Of a stretch of 64,000 nt of DNA, positions 37,967 to 45,749 are shown piece by piece (within the stretch, counting starts at the first letter, position 1; the number at the start of each line of letters is the position of its first letter). Both the position numbers and the translations under genes were made by a program. Origin of the DNA: an uncultured Pseudomonadales bacterium (lineage in GTDB: Bacteria; Patescibacteriota; Microgenomatia; UBA1400; PJMF01); the NCBI GenBank assembly GCA_964570365.1, contig CAZMXT010000004.1, positions 2,792 through 66,791 on the forward strand, in the 5' to 3' direction. The notes below the pieces were generated by a model, which worked only from the letters and a program-made list of their open reading frames with translations, was not told the DNA's origin and ran no database searches.

Positions 37967-39591
37967 TGTTCTATCGTCATATTACCGCTAGTTTGAGCTC
38001 GAATAAGTTCACCACTCGCCGTTGCATTGCGATACCAAGGTTCAAAAATAGGCGACTTATATTCATTACCCCAGCTTTCAATAACCAGAAACCAATCTTT
38101 GTCATCTGCCTGGCGTACAGTTCGGGGAATAGGCTTATTTCTTTGCTTTGCTTGCCACCTAAATAAGTAGTCGTAGTGTTCCGTGTAAATAATAGGAGTA
38201 AAAACCTGGATAACAGGCTCTATGCTTTGTTCTGTTGACCACTGGTACACTATTTGTGTCGCGCCCATCATCTTGGCTAGACCACCATTGTTTATAGGTT
38301 TAAGGATAGTAGCTGACCAGTGGCTAAATGAGTAAACCCCTACTAAACCAACTGCACCAAAGATGATGATTGAGCTATATAGTGGAGCCAGTCTGGTGCG
38401 ATACATTTGGTTGGTAATTTTCTGTAAGCCTAGAACTAATAAAGGGACTAGAAAAATAAAGTGGCAGGTTAGATAGTAACTAAAAAAGTACCCCATATTT
38501 CCTCTCCAAATCATAAAGAAGGGATAAGGGATAAGTGCAAACAGAGCTATTAAGTGCCAAAGATACTGCTGATCAGCATTTTTCTCTGCTCCTGGTTCAG
38601 CAGTTGTAGCTTGGTGGCTAAACAGAAGTACAGAAATAATCCCAATTAAAAATAGTCCGAGCAGACTGATTGATAGCCAAAAATTAGCTTCACTTTGACC
38701 TGGACCAAGGATTAAGTTGACCGAGTTATCAAGTAATTGCAAGGGACGCTGCTGGAAAAGTTGACCCCAGCTCACACTTTTACTGGTATCTTGCATTCCG
38801 GCCAATAATGACTTGGTCATAATAAATTGATTTCGGACTTCAAATAGCAGCTGAGGAAGCAATGTACTGCCCACGGCAAAGGCGGCCGTAACATAATCAA
38901 GGATGTGAGGCCGTTGTTTTCTGAGCCACGGAATAAGCAAAAATAATGGTGGTAAGAAAAAGATGGCATACGCGAACTCACTCTGCAGTGTAAGAGCAAC
39001 CAGCAAGAAACCCAGTCCAAACCAGATTCTGGAACTTCGAGCTTTTGAAAAGCTATATAAAGCTCCCAGCATTAGCGGCACAGAAATTAATGGGTTCCAG
39101 ACAGTTAGGCTGGCCCCCAGACTTCCAGGGATAATGGCGAGCAGGATTGCAGTGAGTACTGCAAATTTTTTGGGAAATAAGCGGTGACTCAGCCACCAAT
39201 ACAGTGGAAAAGCAAGCGAGCCTAAGAAGATATACCACAAGCAAATGCCATACGGATTCCCACCCGAGAGAAGGTAACCCGGTAAGCCCACATAGTACCA
39301 AAGCGGACCCAAGAAAAATCCGCTTAACCCGCTCGTAGGTCCCACTAAAATAAAGTCACCCTGAGCAATTCTTTGCAAGGTTAGAGCATCACGGCCTTGG
39401 TCATAGATAAAGTATAAAGATTCTTTAAAGTTCCAAACTCGGATTAGGATGGCGAAAACTACATACGTCAGGAGTTGCCAATGGAGGGAGAAGAAGGTCT
39501 TCAGTTTGGCTGAAGAGACAGTGGTAGGAGAGACATGTACACTTTGAGGAATTGGCGCAGCCTGTCTTGGCGTTTTTTTAGCTTTCTTCAT
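37951..39591 (-). CDS. GT-C fold glycosyltransferase (PMT/ArnT-like), paralogue
   Basis: YDQGRD, LVGPTS..FLGPLWYY, WNP. Start reset to ATG 39591 because the longer ORF runs into the tRNA. Confidence 0.8.
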   Translation of the reverse strand: MKKAKKTPRQAAPIPQSVHVSPTTVSSAKLKTFFSLHWQLLTYVVFAILIRVWNFKESLYFIYDQGRDALTLQRIAQGDFILVGPTSGLSGFFLGPLWYYVGLPGYLLSGGNPYGICLWYIFLGSLAFPLYWWLSHRLFPKKFAVLTAILLAIIPGSLGASLTVWNPLISVPLMLGALYSFSKARSSRIWFGLGFLLVALTLQSEFAYAIFFLPPLFLLIPWLRKQRPHILDYVTAAFAVGSTLLPQLLFEVRNQFIMTKSLLAGMQDTSKSVSWGQLFQQRPLQLLDNSVNLILGPGQSEANFWLSISLLGLFLIGIISVLLFSHQATTAEPGAEKNADQQYLWHLIALFALIPYPFFMIWRGNMGYFFSYYLTCHFIFLVPLLVLGLQKITNQMYRTRLAPLYSSIIIFGAVGLVGVYSFSHWSATILKPINNGGLAKMMGATQIVYQWSTEQSIEPVIQVFTPIIYTEHYDYLFRWQAKQRNKPIPRTVRQADDKDWFLVIESWGNEYKSPIFEPWYRNATASGELIRAQTSGNMTIEQWRKN

Positions 39592-39644
39592 AGCAGAAAA
39601 GGCATCATGACCTTGACAAGGTTGTAGTCTGAAGAGAGTGAGAG

Positions 39645-39718
39645 TGTCAAGGGGGAGACTCGAACTCCCAACCTCCACGTTATGAGTGTGGCGCTCTAAC
39701 CAGTTGAGCTACCCTGAC
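39645..39718 (-). tRNA. tRNA with CAT anticodon (elongator Met or Ile2); CCA not encoded
   Basis: GTCAGGG-TA-GCTC AACTGGTTA GAGC-G-CCACA CTCATAA CGTGG-AGGTT-GGGAG TTCGAGT CTCCC-CCTTGAC-A cloverleaf. Confidence 0.93.
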
Positions 39719-39901
39719 AAAAGGCAAGCGGTTTTCACCGCGAGCACAAATTATACCAAAGGAGGAGCGAAAAGAGTGGATCAAGGGTGGAACTGGGGGT
39801 TGGGGAGATGTGATAAGGAAAATGAGAAGGCAGTCTCAGCCACCGCGGTTTACTGTTTTGTATGCTGACTTTTCCCTGCAAAAATATCACAATACTAGAG
39901 A

Positions 39902-41557
39902 ATGTTTAATTTTGACAACCTCCGTTCACCAAAATCACACAAGTGCCGTTTTTTTACTGGACTAGTTCTTTGCACAGCTCTTACAGTTCTTGTGAGCACG
40001 GGAAGTGTGGTCCAAGCCAGTTCTGGGAGTCTGAAGGCTGATCCTAATTTTGATGCTTCTCGTTTTAGTCCGGAAGCTGCTCTGTGGTATGACCGCTTGG
40101 TCAGGGGAGTTCAAGGTGGCCAATATCCAGACACGGTTGCCTGTAGTAAGTCAGGAGATGTCTATACTTTGGGCCGTTGTGCGGGTATGGGAATACTCTC
40201 ACTCTCTATGGCTACAAGAGCAACGGGTGATCCTCAGTTCATTTCCCAGATAGATATGATGCTAGACAACATGAGAGCTGACTTAAAAGATGTGTGGCGA
40301 CCAGAGTGTGAGAAGTTTAGCCGTTGCGAGTCGATGCAGGATGGGTATCTCAATTTTACTTCGACTATAAATCCAAATGACGCCAATTTCTATGGTAATG
40401 ACACACTAGAGTTAGATGAGATACTCAGCCACGCCGCAATCACGGCAGGGGTTCGGGCTCTCAAAGAAAATGTAGATCTCCATCCTGAGTATCAAGAAAA
40501 GGTGAGTTTTTGGACTGATTACTTAGAGAATCACTTTCTCAAAAAATGGAAAACAAGATCAAGAATTCCTATTAATGATGAGACTCAATACAGTCGAATT
40601 TTGGGAAAGAGCTTAACGCATCCTTATATCAGTTTTGTCTCCTTTTATAACGATCTTTACTTTTTAACCGGGAAGCAAGTCTATCGAGATGAAGCGCTCC
40701 GGCGCGGTCAGATAGTTAAGCAAACTTTGCATGAAACTGTTTTACAGAATGGGACAACTGGCGTAATTTGGTGACATGGAGTGGCAGGAAGTCGGCCCGG
40801 TTACACACTTTGTCAGCCAGTTGAGTACTCAACCTACACCTTGGCGTATCTGTTGAAGTTAAATCAGGAGGGCTTCGATAACTTTAATCAAGATGCTCAG
40901 ATGGAGCAAATTGCAAACACCATTTCCTACCAAGTCTTACCCAACTCATCGCTAGCTACTGGCCTAACGCCAACAGTTTGTGGCACCAATACGTATAATT
41001 TTCCGCCAGAAATTCTCAATGATATGGATGGTTCATCTCAATATACCAAGAGAAAGCCCTACTCAAGTTTATCGAGCTTCGGTGGGTTTATTGGTTTTGC
41101 CCGCTGGGACCGAAGTGGAACCATTGCTCAAGCAGTAGAAGCCAGTTTTAGAGCTGGAAGCTCTAATTGGGAACGCCCAGGTTCAGATTTACTAAACCCA
41201 ATAGCAGGTGCGTATATGCTAATGGCAATACCGAATACACGAGGTGGAATTTTAGTCAGTCCTAGTCCCACCTTGGTGCCAACTCCGAGCCCTGTGGCTA
41301 GTCCTAGCTCGAGCCCAAGTGTAAGTCCCACGCCATTAGTCAGCCCCACGCCAACACCAGAGATTTCTCCTAGTATTTCTGCATGTGTGGGTGACATTAA
41401 CGACGATCGAAGAGTTGATTTAGCTGACTACTCGTTGCTGTCTGGCTCATTCTTCAGAACCGCCTCAGTTCAGCCCAAGGCAGATCTCAACCAAGATGGG
41501 AGTATTAATATAAGTGACTACTCAATCTTGGTCGACAGATTCTTTAAGCCTTGCTGA
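39902..41557 (+). pseudogene. Secreted protein (helical enzyme-like domain, S/P/T linker, dockerin-like C-terminus) split by one in-frame TGA
   Basis: ORFs 39902-40774 and 40781-41557 share a frame (...GVIW*HGVAG...). Signal peptide at the start; GDINDDRRVDLADY and ADLNQDGSINISDY repeats at the end. Confidence 0.75.
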
Positions 41558-41579
41558 TCTTGCTACATTTCATGCTTGG

Positions 41580-41752
41580 TCTCAACAATTTAACGCAACA
41601 GGTAAGATACCTGAAGGCAAAGAACATACAAACGAATACGTGAGTGGGAGCGGGAGGAAATTAGCCTTTGGATAGCCCGTGGTAAATCGTTTCGGGCGAT
41701 AGCCCGAAACCTAAATAGATCTCCCAGAACAATCAGCAGAGAGATTCATTGA
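41580..41752 (+). mobile_element. IS30-family remnant (putative left end plus N-terminal HTH only)
   Basis: 41615-41752 translates RQRTYKRIREWEREEISLWIARGKSFRAIARNLNRSPRTISREIH*, matching the IS30 transposase HTH. It has no start codon and no DDE domain. AACGCAACA at 41592-41600 resembles IS30-type ends as I recall them. Confidence 0.75.
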
Positions 41753-41879
41753 GGGATATCTCTGTCGCAAACGTTGGATCACTTCTTCATCTTGGGGTAA
41801 ATCGAGGTGAGTAGCAGCAACTCTTTTCGTAACAGCGTCACAAAGGAGCCATTTATAGATATTTTTCGCAATACTGCTC

Positions 41880-42034
41880 TTATGTTGCGGGACTAGGCCC
41901 TCCGCTTCTGCTTCGGGCATTCCCTCGCTCAGCTCGGTCAGAGTCGTGGCTTCGCCAACAATTTCTATTCAATCACAAAATAAATAAAAAAACTACCATT
42001 TGGTAGTTTTCTTTTATTATGTTGCGGGACTAGG
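41880..42034. repeat. 18-bp direct repeat of the tRNA 3' end and flank
   Basis: TTATGTTGCGGGACTAGG at 41880-41897 and 42017-42034. Confidence 0.92.
41986..42010 (-). terminator. Intrinsic terminator downstream of the initiator tRNA
   Basis: Minus strand AAAACTACC-AAAT-GGTAGTTTTTTT. Confidence 0.75.
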
Positions 42035-42090
42035 AGTCGAACCTAGCCTGTGAGATTATGAGCCTCACGTGCACCCTACACTATCCCGCG
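42022..42090 (-). tRNA. Initiator-type tRNA-Met (CAT); CCA not encoded
   Basis: CGCGGGA-TA-GTGT AGGGT GCAC-G-TGAGG CTCATAA TCTCA-CAGG-CTAGG TTCGACT CCTAG-TCCCGCA-A; C1:A72 mismatch, G2-C71, C3-G70. Confidence 0.88.
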
Positions 42091-42194
42091 CGAGTGTTTG
42101 ATTTTACCACGTTACCAGAGAAAAGTAACCCCTCGACCCTTTGCTTCCCCTTCTTAACACTCTGGTTCAATCAAAAAGTTATCCGCCTAAGTTT

Positions 42195-42551
42195 TCAATT
42201 GAACAACAGTTTCTTCCATTGCTGCCAAGGCTTTAGTGGTTTAACAATTACTTTTGGCATTGGACTAGGAATTGGTAGGTCGGGAACCTGGACAATGTAC
42301 TCACCCGGCTTCTGCATCAGTAGTTCATTACGAAAGATTTTTTCTTTGGCTGCAGTCGAAGTGGCGACCTGAGTTTCTCTTTCGAGTTCAGTGACTTCGT
42401 CAGCCATGATACTCACTTCTCGCTCTAACTTAGAGAGTTGATGGGTGGATTGACGAATTTCTCTTTGGTTAAAATAAAGGGATATACATAAAATGACTAC
42501 AAAAAGCGCCGAAAGTATGTACGCCAGAGGAGATGAGAGAAGTCGCCGCAT
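42195..42551 (-). CDS. Septum formation initiator (FtsB/DivIC-like)
   Basis: N-terminal TM, coiled coil, EKIFRNELLMQKPGE motif. Confidence 0.75.
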   Translation of the reverse strand: MRRLLSSPLAYILSALFVVILCISLYFNQREIRQSTHQLSKLEREVSIMADEVTELERETQVATSTAAKEKIFRNELLMQKPGEYIVQVPDLPIPSPMPKVIVKPLKPWQQWKKLLFN

Positions 42552-42632
42552 TGATTTAAAACCCCAATTATGTTATTATAAGCCCTTAATTACTCGATAC
42601 TAATGGTTGAGTTACTATCATTGTGAATATCT

Positions 42633-43499
42633 ATGAAAGAAACATTGCTTGAACTACGCACTAAATTTACACAGCATCTTGAAAGTGCGGGTCGTGCTCA
42701 TGCAACTGTGATTGCGTACAGCAAAGATGTAGAGCAGATTATCCAGTTTTTATCTGAAAAAGGAAAGCACTCTTTAGAGGAAATTTCTTCGGAAGATATT
42801 GAAGAGTTTAAAGAATTACTGCGCAAGCAGCGTTATATCGGTAAGTCCATTTCTCGTAAAATTAACTCGGTTAAGTCATTTTTTCGTTTTTTAATTTCTG
42901 AAGGTCTCATTACTGAGAACCCAGCCGAGATCGTGGTGCACCCAAAGTATGATCAATCCCCACCACGAGTACTTTCGAAGTTAGAGTATCGCGCCCTGCG
43001 TGATGCTTGCCGTGCTGATGTCCGCATCCACGCTATCGTGGAAGTTCTGCTGCAGACAGGGATGAGGATTAGTGAGTTAGCAGCCTTGCAAACTCAGGAG
43101 CTAGATCTTGAAAGAAACGTGATCCAAATTAAAGCCCAAAACTCTCGTGATGAGCGAAAAGTTCCCTTAAATACAGCGGCAAAGAATTCTCTAAATGATT
43201 ACCTAAAAGTCCGGCCACGGGCTCGTGAGAAAACTGTTTTCTTAACCAAAACCTGTCGTCCATTTTTAGTTCGTAACATTCGGACTGCGATTGATCGTTA
43301 CTTTAGATTAGCTGGAATTAAAGATGGTAAAGTCAATGACCTTCGCCATACTTTTATTATTGAGCAGCTCAAAGCCGGAACGCCATTAGTCTATGTTTCC
43401 CAATTAGTGGGTCACAAAAGAATTACCACGACTGAAAAATATCTCAAGTTAATTGATGCTCCAGATATGAATCCGAGTGTGCGGATTGAAGAGCTATAA
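42633..43499 (+). CDS. XerC/D-like tyrosine recombinase
   Basis: N-terminal SAM-like domain (TVIAYSKD, SISRKINSVKSFFRFL), TGMRISEL, NDLRHTF, LVGH, TTEKY. Confidence 0.88.
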   Translation: MKETLLELRTKFTQHLESAGRAHATVIAYSKDVEQIIQFLSEKGKHSLEEISSEDIEEFKELLRKQRYIGKSISRKINSVKSFFRFLISEGLITENPAEIVVHPKYDQSPPRVLSKLEYRALRDACRADVRIHAIVEVLLQTGMRISELAALQTQELDLERNVIQIKAQNSRDERKVPLNTAAKNSLNDYLKVRPRAREKTVFLTKTCRPFLVRNIRTAIDRYFRLAGIKDGKVNDLRHTFIIEQLKAGTPLVYVSQLVGHKRITTTEKYLKLIDAPDMNPSVRIEEL

Positions 43500-43520
43500 A
43501 AAATTGGTATACTTCACACA

Positions 43521-43583
43521 ATGCAAAGTCGCATCATTCTCAGCTCTTGGTGGAGCTCCCTTTCAGAAACGGGAGTCTTTTAG
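43521..43583 (+). CDS. trpL: trp leader peptide (MQSRIILSSWWSSLSETGVF)
   Basis: 20-codon ORF with tandem TGG TGG at 43548-43553, upstream of a terminator and trpB. TGGTATACT -10 element ends 7 nt before the ATG. Confidence 0.85.
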   Translation: MQSRIILSSWWSSLSETGVF

Positions 43584-43642
43584 CGTGTAGTAATTATCAC
43601 TGATAAATACAAGTACGAGGCTCCCACAAGGAGTCTTTTTTT
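43555..43642 (+). promoter_or_regulatory. trp transcription attenuator (1:2, 2:3 antiterminator, 3:4 terminator)
   Basis: Segment 1 GCTCCC (43555-60), segment 2 GGGAGTCTT (43571-79), segment 3 GAGGCTCCC (43617-25), segment 4 GGAGTCTT (43630-37) plus T-run to 43642. Confidence 0.85.
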
Positions 43643-43754
43643 GCTTAAAAAAACTCACTCCGCAGAAAAATATAGAAAAAATTACTAATTAAAGGAAGAT
43701 ATGAATGAACGATTATCAATTTACCATCATCTCTCAATCTCAAAAGGAGTCCAA

Positions 43755-44996
43755 ATGAAGTTACGAAAAACTGATCACTTTGGCATCTTTGGCGGCCGCT
43801 ATGTACCGGAAATGTTGATCTCGACTTTAGATGAGTTAAAGAAAGCGTATCGTGCCGCCAAGCATGATAAAACATTTCAAAAAGAGCTCCAGGAACTCTA
43901 TAAAACATTTAGTGGTCGGCCAACGCCATTGACCTTTGCGGCGAATCTCACAGAGTATCTAGGTGGGGCCAAGATTTACTTAAAAAATGAAGGAGCAAAT
44001 CACACTGGCGCCCACAAAATCACTCATTGCTTGGGGCAAGTTCTGTTGGCCAAAAAAATGGGTAAGAAGCGAATTATTGCGGAGACTGGCGCGGGTCAGC
44101 ACGGTTTAGCTACTGCGACTGTTGCGGCAAAATTTGGTTTGGCATGTACCATTTATATGGGTGCCAAAGACATTCAGCGTCAACGGCAAAATGTCTTTTT
44201 TATGGAGCAGCTAGGGGCAGAAGTCGTCTCAGTCAGTTTTGGTGGTCAGACTTTAAAAGATGCAGTCAATGCGGCGATTAAAGATTTACTTGCTCACTCA
44301 GCAGACACGCACTATGTGATTGGCTCGGTGCTAGGTCCGGACCCGTATCCTCGAATGAATCGTGATTTTCAGTCGATAATTGGCAGAGAAGTGCGACAGC
44401 AACTGCAGCGAGTTGAAGACAGATTGCCTGACCTGTTAATTGCTTGTGTAGGAGGTGGCAGTAATGCGATGGGTTTGTTCACAGCCTTTTTGCGAGACAC
44501 CAACGTGACGCTCTGTGGTGTCGAAGCCGGCGGAGTTGGCACCAAGTTGGGTGAGCACGCGAGTCGATTTAATGGTGGAAAAGTCGGCGTGATCGAAGGC
44601 TACAAGTCGTACTTTTTACAGACCGATGATGGCCAAGTGGCAGCAACCAGAAGCATTGCAGCAGGATTAGACTACGCCGGGATTGGGCCCGAGCTTGCCG
44701 AGCTGCATGACACAGGAAGAGTTGAGTTCACCATCGCCACCGACGCTGAAGCACTCGCCGCTTTTCAAGTTCTCGCCAAAACAGAAGGCATTTTTCCCGC
44801 GCTAGAATCCGCGCACGCGGTGGCGGAAGTGATCAAGCGCGCACCCAAAATGAAGAATACTCAAATTATAGTCGTCAATATCTCTGGCCGTGGTGACAAA
44901 GATTTATTTACGGTGGCCCGCGCTTTGAAAGATGAATCATTTCACCAGTTTTTGCAGGAAGAAGCCAACAGACCTTATTCTCAGGAGCAAACATGA
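43755..44996 (+). CDS. trpB: Tryptophan synthase beta subunit (TrpB1)
   Basis: FGGRYVPE, NHTGAHKI (PLP lysine), AETGAGQHG, CVGGGSNA, GLDY, ALESAHA, SGRGDKD. AAAGGAG precedes ATG 43755; an alternative ATG is at 43701. Confidence 0.97.
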   Translation: MKLRKTDHFGIFGGRYVPEMLISTLDELKKAYRAAKHDKTFQKELQELYKTFSGRPTPLTFAANLTEYLGGAKIYLKNEGANHTGAHKITHCLGQVLLAKKMGKKRIIAETGAGQHGLATATVAAKFGLACTIYMGAKDIQRQRQNVFFMEQLGAEVVSVSFGGQTLKDAVNAAIKDLLAHSADTHYVIGSVLGPDPYPRMNRDFQSIIGREVRQQLQRVEDRLPDLLIACVGGGSNAMGLFTAFLRDTNVTLCGVEAGGVGTKLGEHASRFNGGKVGVIEGYKSYFLQTDDGQVAATRSIAAGLDYAGIGPELAELHDTGRVEFTIATDAEALAAFQVLAKTEGIFPALESAHAVAEVIKRAPKMKNTQIIVVNISGRGDKDLFTVARALKDESFHQFLQEEANRPYSQEQT

Positions 44997-45742
44997 AAAA
45001 ATTATCGTTAATGACCCACGTTGTGATTGGCTATCCTGATCTAGAATCGACCTACAGAATTGTTGAGCAGATGGTTGAGGAAGGAGTTGCCTATATCGAG
45101 CTCCAAATCCCATTCTCTGATCCCTTAGCTGATGGGCCAGTGATCATGGCGGCGAATGACCGAGCACTCAAAAATGGAGTGACGTTGAAGGATTGTTTTA
45201 AGTTCATGGAGCGAGTAAGTCACGATTTCCCTATCAATTTTCTGTTTATGGGCTACTTTAACTCGGTTTTTCACTTTGGGGTGGAAGATTTTTGCCAGCG
45301 CGCTCAGCAAGTAGGTGCCTATGGCTTAATTATCCCTGACATTCCGATTGATGAAGAACCAGCTGAGAACTTTATCAAGTCATGCGAGACACACAATTTG
45401 CATCACATACGACTACTTTCGCCGACCAGCACCTTAGAAAGAATTCAACTCAACGCCCGGTACCAAAATGGCTTTGTCTACTGCACCAGCCGGGTGGGGA
45501 CCACTGGAGCTGGGGTACAAGTAGATCCGCAGCTAGAGCAGTTTCTACAACTAGTTCGCCAGTACTTCACTGTACCAGTAGCAGTTGGGTTTGGTATTTC
45601 GCAGCCAGAACACGTCAGGGCGCTTCGTGGCATTGCTGACATTGCAGTGATTGGGAGTGCTGTGATTGAGCAGATCACTAAAAACGGGGTAGAATCGGTC
45701 CAGCCATTTATTCGACAATTAATAGAGGCTACTCAAAACTAG
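44993..45742 (+). CDS. trpA: Tryptophan synthase alpha subunit
   Basis: IELQIPFSDPLADGPVI with both catalytic acids, GTTG, VGFGIS, GSA; ATGA overlap with trpB. Confidence 0.96.
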   Translation: MKKLSLMTHVVIGYPDLESTYRIVEQMVEEGVAYIELQIPFSDPLADGPVIMAANDRALKNGVTLKDCFKFMERVSHDFPINFLFMGYFNSVFHFGVEDFCQRAQQVGAYGLIIPDIPIDEEPAENFIKSCETHNLHHIRLLSPTSTLERIQLNARYQNGFVYCTSRVGTTGAGVQVDPQLEQFLQLVRQYFTVPVAVGFGISQPEHVRALRGIADIAVIGSAVIEQITKNGVESVQPFIRQLIEATQN

Positions 45743-45749
45743 GAGATTT

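Noticed and set aside
39592-39868. N-terminal extension of ORF 37951-39678 and ORF 39686-39868
   Set aside because: Both overlap the tRNA at 39645-39718 and are treated as artefacts.
40772-40830. Selenocysteine or UGA=Gly/Trp recoding at the in-frame TGA
   Set aside because: There is no obvious SECIS-like hairpin or redox motif. Several conserved genes here end in TGA at the expected position, and no other gene needs UGA read-through.
41205-41385. Short-period repeats suggesting a CRISPR or VNTR
   Set aside because: These are degenerate codons for an S/P/T linker. No identical repeats with unique spacers and no cas genes were seen in the window.
41711-42372. ORFs 41711-41920 (-) and 42058-42372 (+)
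   Set aside because: They overlap the IS stub, tRNA repeat, tRNA or ftsB-like gene and show no recognisable motif.
42550-42580. dif-like site (TTATGTT also at 41880 and 42017)
   Set aside because: Only a 7-bp match to one Xer arm, with no convincing 11-6-11 partner arm. This is expected by chance in AT-rich DNA.
42633-43499. Prophage or ICE integrase next to a tRNA
   Set aside because: Size and N-terminal domain fit a housekeeping Xer, an ftsB-like gene separates it from the tRNA, and no phage or conjugation genes are present.
43500-43700. T-box or TRAP control of trpBA
   Set aside because: No T-box consensus or (G/U)AG repeat array was seen. The leader-peptide model explains the sequence.
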